DNA of 64,000 bases from Vitrella brassicaformis CCMP3155 (taxonomy: Eukaryota; Protista; Chromerida). This document shows, piece by piece, positions 24,382 through 36,100 of this stretch (position 1 is the stretch's first letter; every line of letters starts with the position of its first letter). Below the pieces are notes generated by a model, which was given only the letters and a program-made list of their open reading frames with translations, was not told where the DNA came from and searched no databases. Position numbers and translations under genes: made by a program. Location of the stretch: the NCBI GenBank assembly GCA_001179505.1, contig CDMY01000368.1, forward strand, positions 1 through 64,000. The letters run 5' to 3'.

Positions 24382-27134
24382 TCACTCCCTCCTGTGTAGT
24401 ACACGTCGGACACTCGATAGCAGGTAGTCCACATCAAGATTTGCCAGCCCCAGTCGACCCAGCTGCTCCCTTTTCATCGCCACCCGAGTTGCATGCCGTG
24501 GACACAATAAAACGCCTTGACGGTAAGTGTGGGGCGGCAAGAAGACTTCATCCACATAAGAGGCAGAGGGCACTTGCGCCACACGAATGTCCCACGGTAA
24601 GAAATAGGGATATTGCTCGGTGGCCTCTACTGTTTTTCTCGTGTCTGTTGTTCTCGTGTCTCCTTCTCTTTGTCGGCTATATGTCTCCATTCCCTCCACT
24701 CTTTGCAGCCACTCCGCCTCCCTGACCTCCATACTCCTGCCCTCCTCTGTCGCTGTCCTTGCCCAGCCCCGCCACCCATCACCCCCCAGCATCAGTACGC
24801 GATGGTCGCTCTCATCGAGGCTGTCCTGCCTGTTCACCGCGCCAGCAGAGGCAGAGGCCATCAGCTCATCAGCTTCCTGGAGCGCCGGGATGGCCTCAGA
24901 TGCGATCGACGGCTGAGGTGATGGACGGCCGAATCGGGGCAGAGATGAACTGTCGTGTGAGGTGAAGCTCTGCTCGGGGTGCGGTCTCGCAGCTGTCCTG
25001 CTGGCTGGTGGCTGGGTGGGGGGTGAAGAAGGCGTCGACGATGCGAGCTGCTCGCATTTGTTCGCGTGGTACATGTACCGAGACATGATCTTGTTTCTGA
25101 GAGTGCACAATCGATGAATGGCCTGACACACACATACGCAGGAGGGGGAGTCAAATTCGCCGTTCGTCGAAATGCCATCGTCTGCTGACGGACCTCTTTG
25201 AGTGCATGCAGTCTGTCCCGTTCCCTCGCGCTGCTGCGATAGAGGTCCGCTTCAGCCTCCCTCTCAAGCCTTGCGATCCGTTCCTTGAGTCCAAGAAGCT
25301 GCCGCCTCATCGCAGGGCTATCCCGGTGGGTCTCAGGGGTGAGAGGGTGCGGCAGTGTATCGATGTCGATGAGCTGCTTGGTGTAGACCATCAGAGGGTG
25401 GGCGTATGGGGGGCTGAGGGGGTCCCGCGACAGCTTGCGGAGGCCGCTGACATAGGAGGTATTGGCCTGACATCAGTGAGCGACACCGAAGGTGCATGTT
25501 TGTGCCTATGTCGTGCCTCTAGCCTCTTGTCACCTGCATGAGCCTGTCGAAGAGGTGATGGCATTTGTTCTTGTGGACTTCCCACTCCTCAGCCAGCCGC
25601 CTTCTCTCGGCCAGATCCCCATCGTCGGCCCTGGCATCGGAAGGGACATCTGCCGCGGTCTGGGTCTCCACACTTTGAGTCACATTCGGTACATCGACGT
25701 GCTCAACTCTGTCAGCAGACAGACCACCAAGGCATGCATAATGTCCTGGTATTGTGAGATCTTTGTTCATACCGTTGATGCTCACAAAACGAGGGGCCTC
25801 TGGACATGGGTGATGACACGGTGATAGTGGCGGCGTCGCAGCACACTGGGGGAGGGGGGCTGTTGACGGCCGTGTGGATCAACACGGGGGACGGGGGCTG
25901 GTCGGTTGCAGCGTCGACGCATACAGAGGGGCTAAAAGGGAACCAAAAAGAGAGATAACGACATGAGGAGTCTCTACTCAACAATCGCATGCGGTGTCTC
26001 GGCCCACCTGCCAGCGCTTTGGAACTGTGTGGTGGGTGACTCGCTCGGACGAGCGGTCAGCTGCCATGTGCTGTCGTCATGAGTGACATCCGCCAGCTGT
26101 GCCACGCGATTGGACGTGGGACTGCCGGTCGAAAATGTCAGCGATGATCGCGTGCCTAGGGCACGATCGATTTTGAGAAACTCCAACTCTTGCTCGAGAC
26201 GAGCCAGCTTCGCCTTCGCAGCCGTCAGCGCTTCACGCTTCTCCTGATTCGTAGATACAGGAGGGAGACAGAGAAAAAGATATATATGCGTTCTTCGTGG
26301 ATCGATGTCCGCTTACATCCATGAGATGTCGCATTTCCTCAACATCGCCTTCTAGCTTCTGGTTGGCCTCCTTCAGCAGTACATTCTCCCTCAATATCCC
26401 ACTGTCGCCTTCGTGAGAAAGCGAGGCGCTCTTCTGCCGCTGAAGCATGTCTCTTGGGGGCTGCGGCGCCGAATTCCTCCGGTATGCGGCCCGCCTCTCG
26501 CCGATGGAGATGGACTGTCGGTCAAGCATAGTCAGGGAGGGTACCAGCTGTATCACCCTGGGCCTGAAAAACACTACAGTGGGGCCTGGATGTTCGTCTC
26601 GGTTGTGCGTTGTGCGCACCTGTAGTTATCCCTGGCCACCACGGGGTTGAGAGTGAAGTCCAGCTCCCTCAGTCTCGGCGATCTCCCCAAATGCCGTACT
26701 CCGCCACCACTGAGGTCGCTGATTTTATTGTAGCTCATGTCCAAATGCCTCAATTGCTCCAGTGAGACAATCGATTCCGGGATCGCCTCAATCATATTCC
26801 TCGATACATCCAGTGTCTCCACTTTTGTCAGCGAGCAATCGAGCCACTCCAGCGACTTGAGGTTGCAGCGCCGTAGTTTGACCGTCGTGAGCGTCGACGA
26901 GAGCAGCTGCAACCCAGCGGCCAGCAGCCCCTCATCGAGAACCACAGCATTCTGAAACTCTATCTTCTGCAGAGAGGAGAGCCGCGATAGCGTCGGCGGG
27001 GACGACAGCAGGGTAACCAGCTCCACGTCCTTATCCGTCAGAGCGCGGATGTCCTCAAGTGAGCCGCCGCATGCGTCTTCTAGCGCCTCCTCAACGGTGG
27101 AGCCGGTATGCCGAGCCGAAGCGGGCGGAACCAT
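24382..27134 (-). CDS. Leucine-rich repeat (SDS22-like) + coiled-coil protein
   Basis: First exon 27134-~26622: LTTVKLRRCNLKSL, VETLDVSRNMIEAIP, LRHLDMSYNKISDL, LRELDFTLNPV..DNYR (LRR cap). Later exons are coiled coil (ENVLLKEANQKLEGDVEEMR; MRRQLLGLKERIARLEREAE). Last exon ends ..RRVLHRRE* at 24382. Confidence 0.78.
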
Positions 27135-27321
27135 TTGGCTTTTGGCACACGGGGGGGCTGTTCTTGGTTTTTTCTCCCGAAAGACCTGCGAGCTGAAAAG
27201 AGAGAGTTTCACGGAATGACCAAAGCCGCGCCCTACGGCTGATACAGCTTCTACCTTCAATGCGACGTGTGGAGCCTGTGGGAGTCCGACGCCGATGTCC
27301 CCACAGCCACAAGAGGACCTC

Positions 27322-30122
27322 ATGTGCCAGGGAATAGGCACACCTGCCGACAGCTCCCTCGGCCACCACCCACAGCTTCTGATGTACAGCTTCAATGCCG
27401 CTGTCTCGAACCTCACACGGTCCCTCTCCCAACCTGTGCCGCCTACCGGTGCCAAGACGACCGCTCGGGACATTTTTCGCTTCACCGCTGGCGACCAAGG
27501 TGGCGACGCAGCAAGCGCCACGGGAGCGAGAGGGCTGGCGGGGAGTCAAGCGTCGAGCGCCGCCCTCCCACCCACCCCCATCGGTCCCTTTGTCGGTGTC
27601 CCCCCGTCCTTCACCGAGGCGCTGAGTTCGTCCATCGATGTCCGCGACCTCGCCCACCACCACCCCTCCCCTCCCCCATCATCAGCCAACGGCACCAAGC
27701 GGCCTCTCCAACACGGCGCGAGGCCCCTCCTCTCGGTCGACACATCATCCACAGCAGCCGACGGGCTGGTCTATCGGCACGGCAAGCGGACGCGCAAAGG
27801 CACTGGGAGCTCACAGGGGTCCCAGATGTCCGATCGGAGCGTGCAGCGTGACTTCGGCCAGATGTCGCTGGCCTCAGGCAATGAGCAGGAGGAGGACCTC
27901 TTCAAGGACTGCATCGAGGAGGAACGAGATGACGACACAAGCCCCGTCAATGACGAACTGTTCGTGAGGCGGCGGCCGCCGCCGCCCAACGAGCGGCTAT
28001 ACCCGCGCCCAGCCTTTTCCCTCTCTCCGTCCCCTTCCCCACCCCCTCCCCCTCCCCGCAACTATACTCGCGAGAGCAAGGACAGCTCGATGGACGTGGA
28101 CGAGTCGGCGTGGATGGAGATGGACGGCGGCCATGTGAGTGAGAATGATAACAACAACAGGGAGGGAGGGGTGTCGTCGGGTGAGGATGTGCAGATGCGG
28201 GCCCCCTTTGAGGGATATGAAGACACCTGTGCTATTGTGGCGCATTTAAAGAAGGTATGTATAGGGGCGGAGTTGGGGGGGGGGGGGGGNNNNNNNNNNN
28301 NNNNNNNNNNNNNNNNNNNNNNNNNNNNNNNNNNNNNNNNNNNNNNNNNNNNNNNNNNNNNNNNNNNNNNNNNNNNNNNNNNNNNNNNNNNNNNNNNNNN
28401 NNNNNNNNNNNNNNNNNNNNNNNNNNNNNNNNNNNNNNNNNNNNNNNNNNNNNNNNNNNNNNNNNNNNNNNNNNNNNNNNNNNNNNNNNNNNNNNNNNNN
28501 NNNNNNNNNNNNNNNNNNNNNNNNNNNNNNNNNNNNNNNNNNNNNNNNNNNNNNNNNNNNNNNNNNNNNNNNNNNNNNNNNNNNNNNNNGGGGGGGGGGG
28601 GGCACTGTGTCATTTCTGTTGTGTGTGTCGTGCGTTGTCGTTGGTTCGTTCATGTGTCAGGTTGTGAAGGTTAGTGTGTGTGGTCAGCAGGCGCTGACAT
28701 TTTGTGCCGCACTCGCAGACCCGACGCTTGACGACTGGTGGGTGACTACACCACACACACATACGCACACAAGGGCCACAATGTGAGAACGTGCCTCTGC
28801 TGCGTCTCTGTCTCTGTGTGTGTGTGTGTCCGTGTGTGTGTGTGTGCGTCAGTCCGCTGGTGGTTGTGTCATCGAGTTTCTGCCGGCTGACGGGTTACAG
28901 CCCGTGGGAGCTGCTAACAGACCAGCTGGGGCTGCTCGAGGCACTCGAACACCAGGACACCGACGTAGACGCACAACTCGCTGTCTACACATACGTACGT
29001 GGCACACACACGGACGGCACAACAGGAACGAGGGAGGCACTCACAAGTGTCTCTGTATGTGTGTGTTGATTTGTTCGTTCATCAGGTTGACAGTTTGCTT
29101 CAGTCCAACCGCCGTCATGGCCTCAAGGACAAGAAAGACTTCGTCACCACACTGCTGTCACGACGGAAAGACGGTCCGTACTGACACCACACCGACCAGA
29201 CAGACAGACAGACAGACAGGCGCATGAATGGCTGACGTGCATCCTCTCTGTCTTCTTGCGTACAGGCAGCAGCTTCGAGAACTTGCTGGTGCTCCGTCCC
29301 GCGTCGATGCGCGGCCGTCTGTTCCTCGTGGCACTGTGCGCAGACGTCACGTCGAAACGCTTCTCACTGGTATGTATGCCTCAACCCAAACAGATATGTA
29401 CAGACACGTTGATGAGTGCACTCCCTCCCTAACTCCCTATCTCCATACCTCTCTCTGTTTGACAGCAACCGGCCGATTTGCGGCATGCGATTCAGAGTGC
29501 CGTTCACGAGTTGCTGGTGGAAGGCGAGGTCGACGCGCAGCTGGCGGTGCCCATCCCCGTGTCGCCCCTGGACTCCTACCCCTCCCCGCCGTCCATCCCC
29601 CCACCGCCCATCCCAGCAGCACACCTCAAAATGGACACCGACACGAGCGGCATGGCGGCCATGGACACCGAGCATCTGCCGGCCAGCAGCAGTGGGGGTC
29701 ACTGCCATGCGCCGGACAGCCCCCTGTCGGCCTCGGCGTTGTGGAAGCGACAGGACAGCTCGTCTCATCTCGGCTGTGTGTCCACCTGCTCCCCCATGTC
29801 TGGGGCGGCCAGCACGCCCACCCCCATGCACCGGCTGCACGGGCAAGACGACCACCGGTGCCAGCAGCCGCTGTCGCCCGCCACGGCCATGATCGGCACC
29901 TCCACGCCGCCGGTTTTCGCGAGCGAGAGCGCGGGGAGCGGCGGCATGATGCATGGGCAGCAGGGGTACTACCCGTCGATCCACCTGACGAGCAGCAGCA
30001 CGAGCACCGAGTTCTGCCTGCCGGCGCTGGCGTACGCGACCCAGAGCGCCGCGCCTGACCGAGGACACCCATTCGTGCAGATGCCGCCGGGGGCGCCCAA
30101 GAGGAGCGCCTCGGACATGTGA
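27322..30122 (+). CDS. Hypothetical protein, low-complexity termini with a central helical region; spans N-gap
   Basis: Long GC3-biased first exon (27322-28255, donor GTATGT) and last exon (~29464-30122), with small internal exons (PWELLTDQLGLLEALEHQ; VDSLLQSNRRHGLKDKKDF). No family recognised. Confidence 0.65.
28290..28589. other. Assembly gap (300 N) flanked by poly-G
   Basis: Run of N with G homopolymers at both edges. Confidence 0.98.
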
Positions 30123-31808
30123 AGTGACTGACGGGTGAGTGACCCTCACTAATGTGTGGATGGATCTGATCGATGGAAGGATTGGGGAGAGAGTGTTGGG
30201 GAGGGGCGGGGAGGTTGGATATTTGTCTGCTTTTATGGCTTTGGGGGAGAAGAGACAAATGGGGGAGAGAGAGGGTATGGGGAACATGACGTCCATACGT
30301 ACGTACGTACCTACATACACTCCCTGGGTGGTTTACATCACTGCATGAATGTGTGGGCTGGTGGGTGGAGAGGGCTCTTTTGTCTGTATGGAGCAGCCTG
30401 TCTGTCTGTCTGTCTGTCCCTGTGTGTCTTTCTGCTGAGAGAGGAATTCATCTGTTGCGTCGCACTTTCTATTGAGAGATGGATTGATTGATTGATTGAG
30501 TGGTTCTTTGCGAATGCCCCACCCGTGGATGGATGCACCTGTACATACATACGTTCTTTTTCTGCATGTCTTCCTGTCTGTCGCTCAAGACCTGGCTAGG
30601 TAGGGCGCCATACGTCATCCGCTCATGCGTCCATATATGGACGCACCTGACGTCCGTGATAGGCTCTACTGCATGGTGGGGGCTCTTGGCGCCTACGTAT
30701 GTACGTACCTCCACTTTTGCCGCCCCCCACTTGTCAGTCTGCCCGTTTTCCATCACGAGTACGCCCTCTGCCATACGCCTTTTCTCCCCCTCCCTCCGTG
30801 CGATCCGATCCATACACACGCATACCCATCCGTGCGTCCACTTGCCTTGCCTGCCCTGCTTGGCCCGCTCATGCCCTTACTTACCTCTATTTTTATGCGC
30901 ACGCTCGAGTAAGGAACGGCTGACACACCAACAGCCGTGCAGGCCGCCCCACCCACACCACACAACACGCGATGTGATGTGGTGTGAGAGGCCGGGCCTA
31001 TCCTATTTTTACGGGCACTTACGCACTCGATGCGGCGGGCAATCAGGGAGGCAATCAGGTAGGGATGGCACTGATGGAGGAGAGGGACAGGCCTCGGGGC
31101 GGGGGAGAAGCAGGCAGGCGGCGAATGGGGGCGGTGCCCTGGTACATTGTGTGTCGTCGTGTGTGTCGTCGGTGGGGTGTGTGTTTTTCAGGGGCGGGGC
31201 AGCACGGACGGAGGGCCTTTTATGTCCACTCGGCGGTGAACCAAACCAAATACAGACAGACAGACAGACACCTGTATGTATGCATCAAACAAAGTGCATC
31301 CGTGCACACTAAAGTGGGTGGGGATATTTTTGGCCAAGTAAGAACAGCCAGGCAGGCAGGCGGGCAGGCCGGGCACGTGAGCAAAGAGGTAAGTAGTTGG
31401 CCCGCAGCGTTGCGGGCAGCCCAGCTGACATGACAGTGAGAGTTTTTCCTTTTTGGTTTGTCGGTCGCATGCAGCCTGCAGCGCACATGGATGGATGAAT
31501 GAGAGACGGGGGAATCTTTTTCCACGCCTGGAGATGGACCGATGTAGACCGACACACATGTGCTGTGCTGTGCGCTGGCTCTTTTTAAGGAATGGTAACT
31601 AAACAGGCCATCACATCACTTGACTAATTGCCATCACCCACCCACACACCCATTCGCTCACCCGTCCGTGCGTCTTATCATCTCGTAGAGGTGTGTATAC
31701 CCGATGAATTGTCTGTAGCTTCTTGTCGAAGGATACGGCGTGCATTGGGGTGCGCTGCGTCGCGCTGCATGCGTCTGTCTCGGGGCAGGGGGGTGGGGGG
31801 GGGGGGGC

Positions 31809-32108
31809 NNNNNNNNNNNNNNNNNNNNNNNNNNNNNNNNNNNNNNNNNNNNNNNNNNNNNNNNNNNNNNNNNNNNNNNNNNNNNNNNNNNNNNNNNNNN
31901 NNNNNNNNNNNNNNNNNNNNNNNNNNNNNNNNNNNNNNNNNNNNNNNNNNNNNNNNNNNNNNNNNNNNNNNNNNNNNNNNNNNNNNNNNNNNNNNNNNNN
32001 NNNNNNNNNNNNNNNNNNNNNNNNNNNNNNNNNNNNNNNNNNNNNNNNNNNNNNNNNNNNNNNNNNNNNNNNNNNNNNNNNNNNNNNNNNNNNNNNNNNN
32101 NNNNNNNN
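31809..32108. other. Assembly gap (300 N) flanked by poly-G
   Basis: Run of N with G homopolymers at both edges. Confidence 0.98.
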
Positions 32109-33110
32109 GGGGGGGGCTATTTATCGGCAGCAATCGCTGGATATGCGGCCGACTTCTGACTCTTGACTTGCATGCATGGATACAGCCTACCCCATGGATG
32201 AGTGCAGTGGAGACGTGAGAGGGAGGAGAGGGGAAAGCAACAGCTGGGTTTGTTCAGTGAGTGAGCGACAGATTGTATGTATCTATCTATCTATTTATCT
32301 GCGTGAGTGTGCGTCAGCGGGATGCCGTCCAGCCAGCTGGTCTGGCGATTGGTGAGGCCATCCGATCCATTCGAACTGAAGAGCACGGAAGCAGCAAGAC
32401 AGCAAGACACTTAAGTCAGTCAGTCAGTCGCTTTGTGTGTATGGGAGAAGCGCATTCGTCCATTCGCCATGAGTCCATCTTGTGTGTGGATGAATGCATG
32501 AATCAAGTGCGTGGGTGGTCGGGCTGGCTATTTCTCTGTCTGGGTTTTGCTCGCTCTCTGTCTCTGTGTGTGTGTCCCCACACATGGATGCATGGCACCG
32601 ATGGATGGACGGATGTGATGTCTGTCTGCACGTATGTCGTGTGGAATGAATGCAGCAGGTCGGTGGGGGAGGGCCGGGATGCATTGCATGTGTGTATGCC
32701 CCAATACATGCATGCATGTGCGCCTCAGTTCGTGGGTGGATGGATGGATGGCCGCGTCGCCAAATAGGACAGCAGAATCAACCCATGGGAATCAACCTGA
32801 TTGCTTGCATTCGTTACTCTACCCACAATGTGTCACACGCCAGCTTCTCAACCGCCTATATTTGTCACGTCGATTTAGACGGCAGCTTCTTGGAGGCGAT
32901 CGTGGCGAGCTTAGAAGATGTCATTCCCAGAGGCTCCACCACGATCGCCAGAGGCTGATCATTGCCAGATCTGTTCACAGCAGCGAAGCCCCACTGAGAC
33001 CCGCTGAGCCTCACCGCGAAAACACGGCCCCTCAGGTCAGTCAAGAGGTCAAAGTACTTGATGAATCATCCTCAGGCCGTCCTTGTGTCGCGTGTGAATG
33101 CGCATGCAGG

Positions 33111-36100
33111 ATGAAGGGTGACGTGAGGTTTCACCTGAAGCTCCTCTTTGCTTCCCTCGTCACGCTGGGCTTCGTCGCATATGCAGCCGTCCTCGCCGGC
33201 TTCTTCTTTGTCATACAAAACGAGGTACAGTACGTCAGATGCATCAGCACTTGCACTAAGGAACACATGACTGAACCATTTGGTTGTCTGTGGTTGTCTG
33301 TTGTGTCTGTCTGTGCAGGTGATCAGGGAGTCCGAGACGGCCCTGGAGAAGCAGATGGAATCGTCGAGTGACTGGGTCCTGGGCGAGGCACTGCTCAGCT
33401 TCTCCAGCGAGATTGAGCAGGGCGTGAGAGGGCTGCTGCAGCCATCTATGAGGGCGATACAGGAGAATTTCCGGGCGGGCAGCCTCTCATTTGGGCCTAC
33501 GCAGCCATATGCTGACCACTTGTCTACGAAGATAGAAGGATTGACAGAGTACTCTCTGCCGCGTTGTCATTCCCTTCTCTCAGGGTTGCTGATCTGCGGC
33601 CGCCTCTGTCAGGTGTCAACGACTTCGACGACCCCTGGCTGCCTCCCAGAAGGCACCAGGATGCCACCATCTCGCTCGGTGTGTGAATCACAAACGAATG
33701 GATATGCATATCCGCATCAGTAGGTGACGGCGTGTGCCACTGCAGGTGCCGCGAGCATATATTTCCACGGCTATCGGAAGGACGGGAGCAACGTATACAG
33801 CATCCTGTCGGGCAACAGCTTCATCGTGAGCCGCACCTGGGCCATCGACCTGCTGGCCCGGGTGCCCTGGGAGGCACACCCTCTCTTCCTCGACGCATAC
33901 GTCGCCACAGATCAGGACATGATCAGGTAGGTGCAGGCCAGTATTACACACAGGCACAGCGCTGTGGTTTCTTGATGGCTGACTGACTCACTCTCTTTCT
34001 CTTTCTCTTTTTCCACGACCGGTCAGGAAATATCCCGGTCGATACGACACATGGACGGGTTGATTGCCTCCTGTCAAGTACATCTGGTTGTGTGTACAGG
34101 CATCTCGACGTTGGCGGACGACAAGTGTCGGTCGGGGTGTGAGTGCGATTGGGAGCGGTGCTATATCCCCACCAGCCGCCCATGGTATGTATACATGCAT
34201 GCGTCTGTCTGCCTGCGGTCTCTCTGTGTGTACTGGCCTGTGACAGAGGAAGCAGTGTATGTGTGCTGGCTGGGGCAGGTATACTACGGCCAGGAGCGGC
34301 CAAGGGACGGTGCAGCACACTAATCCCTACAACGAAACCTTTTCGAAGACCTGGATGATCACGTTAAACCAAGGCATGCGCTAACTAACTCACGGACCCG
34401 GCATATCGACACATGGTATGAGTGCAGGCTTCTATCAGCTCGGCTCCTTTCCGTCGCTCTATCCAGAGTTCATAGGCGTGGCCGCCAGCCACATGTACAT
34501 CGCCTCGCTCAAGTCGCTCGTCGAGAAGATCAAAGCCCGCGGAGGTGAAGCCCATCTGTACAACCTCCCCCTCTACAATATAGGTATGTCTCCGTCTCCG
34601 TCTCCGCCTCTGTCTCAGCCCACATGTGCATACACCCCTCAGCCTTTCTCCCTGCTCCCCAGGTAATTCTGGCGCCTATGTGGAAGGCGGCTACGTGATC
34701 GCGTCGCCACAATTCGCTCTCGACCGCCCAACGCCTCTGCGCGTCACCGATCTCTCCTTCGAAGGCAGCTCGTTCCAGATCCAGCCTTCGTCTGACCTGC
34801 TGCAGGCCGAGCACTGGGAAAGCAGCACCAGGGGCACATCTGGACTGATCAAGGACAGCAACAAGGAGGTGTTCATCTTCTACAAGAAACCTGGGAGAGA
34901 GTCGATGGGGTACGGCGAGACGAGCGACGGAACTTCGTGGAGCGGTGTGAACGGACGTTACGGCATGATGCTGGCCATCCCTGCCAACGCCCTCTATGAC
35001 CCCATCGACGGGCAGAAAGAAGACATCCTCAGCTCTGTCTTGATTATCTACTTCGTGTCGCTCATCGTGGCGATTGTGTTCTGTGTTGGGATCGTGTTGC
35101 TGTACATCCCACTGGCCAAGCGGATTGCTGTGCCGCTGGAGTACGTGGCCAATGAGGCAGAGAAGATCACCAACAACCTGGGCGGAGACCTCTTCAGGCA
35201 AGAAAGAAGAATAGAGACATGCAGAGGAACACACACATAAGGTCGGCCACATTGTGACCAAATGGTGTGCAGGGGTGTGAATTTGTCTGAGGCCGTAGAT
35301 GCGTCCTTTACGGTTCTGGAGGTCACAGTGCTCAGGGGCCGCTTCAGACACATGCTCATGCTGATCAAACAGAAAAGACAACAGGTGGGTGCGAAGAGAC
35401 GCGCCAACGGAACACATGTGAACGTGTCTCTCTCTGTTTTGTTTAGGCGCAGCACGGCCCCACGACCCTGCCAAATGCCTTCATCTATCATGGCGGCAAG
35501 TACCCATGGATGGCGGCCTCTAGTGCTGGCGACAGCGCAGAGACAGCGGCCGACAAATACTACCCCGACCAACTTCTCGTAAGTAAGCACATGACCTCCA
35601 TTGACACGCTGTCTTTCTCATTTCCACACACTCGAGTGTGTGTGAGTGCAGCGTCTGGAGCATCTCATGTCTGAAGCCCAGCAGAAGTCCGCTCCCCCAC
35701 CGTATGCGGCGGCTGGTGGGCCGACGGTCATCACGATCCAGGAGGGCGGCGGGCAGACATCCATCGCCGTCACACAACAGCAACATGCACAACCACCAGC
35801 CACAGCACCACCACCGCCCTCAGCACAGCAGCAGCCAGCTGTCCAACAGGGCAAGGCCCAGGCAACGGGATTCGTGACTGACGCCGGGCAAAGCTCTTTG
35901 TGTGTGCAGGTGTGCCCCAGGGCAATGTGGTGGCGCCTTCAGCGCCCGATGCTCCTGCTGCTGACGTCCAATCACCATCGGTCCCCTTTTATGCAGGCAT
36001 CAGGCGCCACTGGTGGAAAAGGATGTGGGTGCAGGTCTGCAGACACACGGAGAGGGACACGGCTGGCATGTTGCGGTCGGCTTTGCTTGATCGGATTCCT

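Noticed and set aside
26574-27521. LRR ORF apparently starting at 27521 and overlapping the + strand gene
   Set aside because: Sequence upstream of the Met at 27134 is antisense to the neighbour's first exon; the likely start is 27134.
29364-30320. Long antisense ORFs (318 aa here; also 20887-21873, 34530-35474, 37672-38394, 52035-52733)
   Set aside because: Shadows of GC3-rich sense exons; no motifs, and they run through microsatellite introns.
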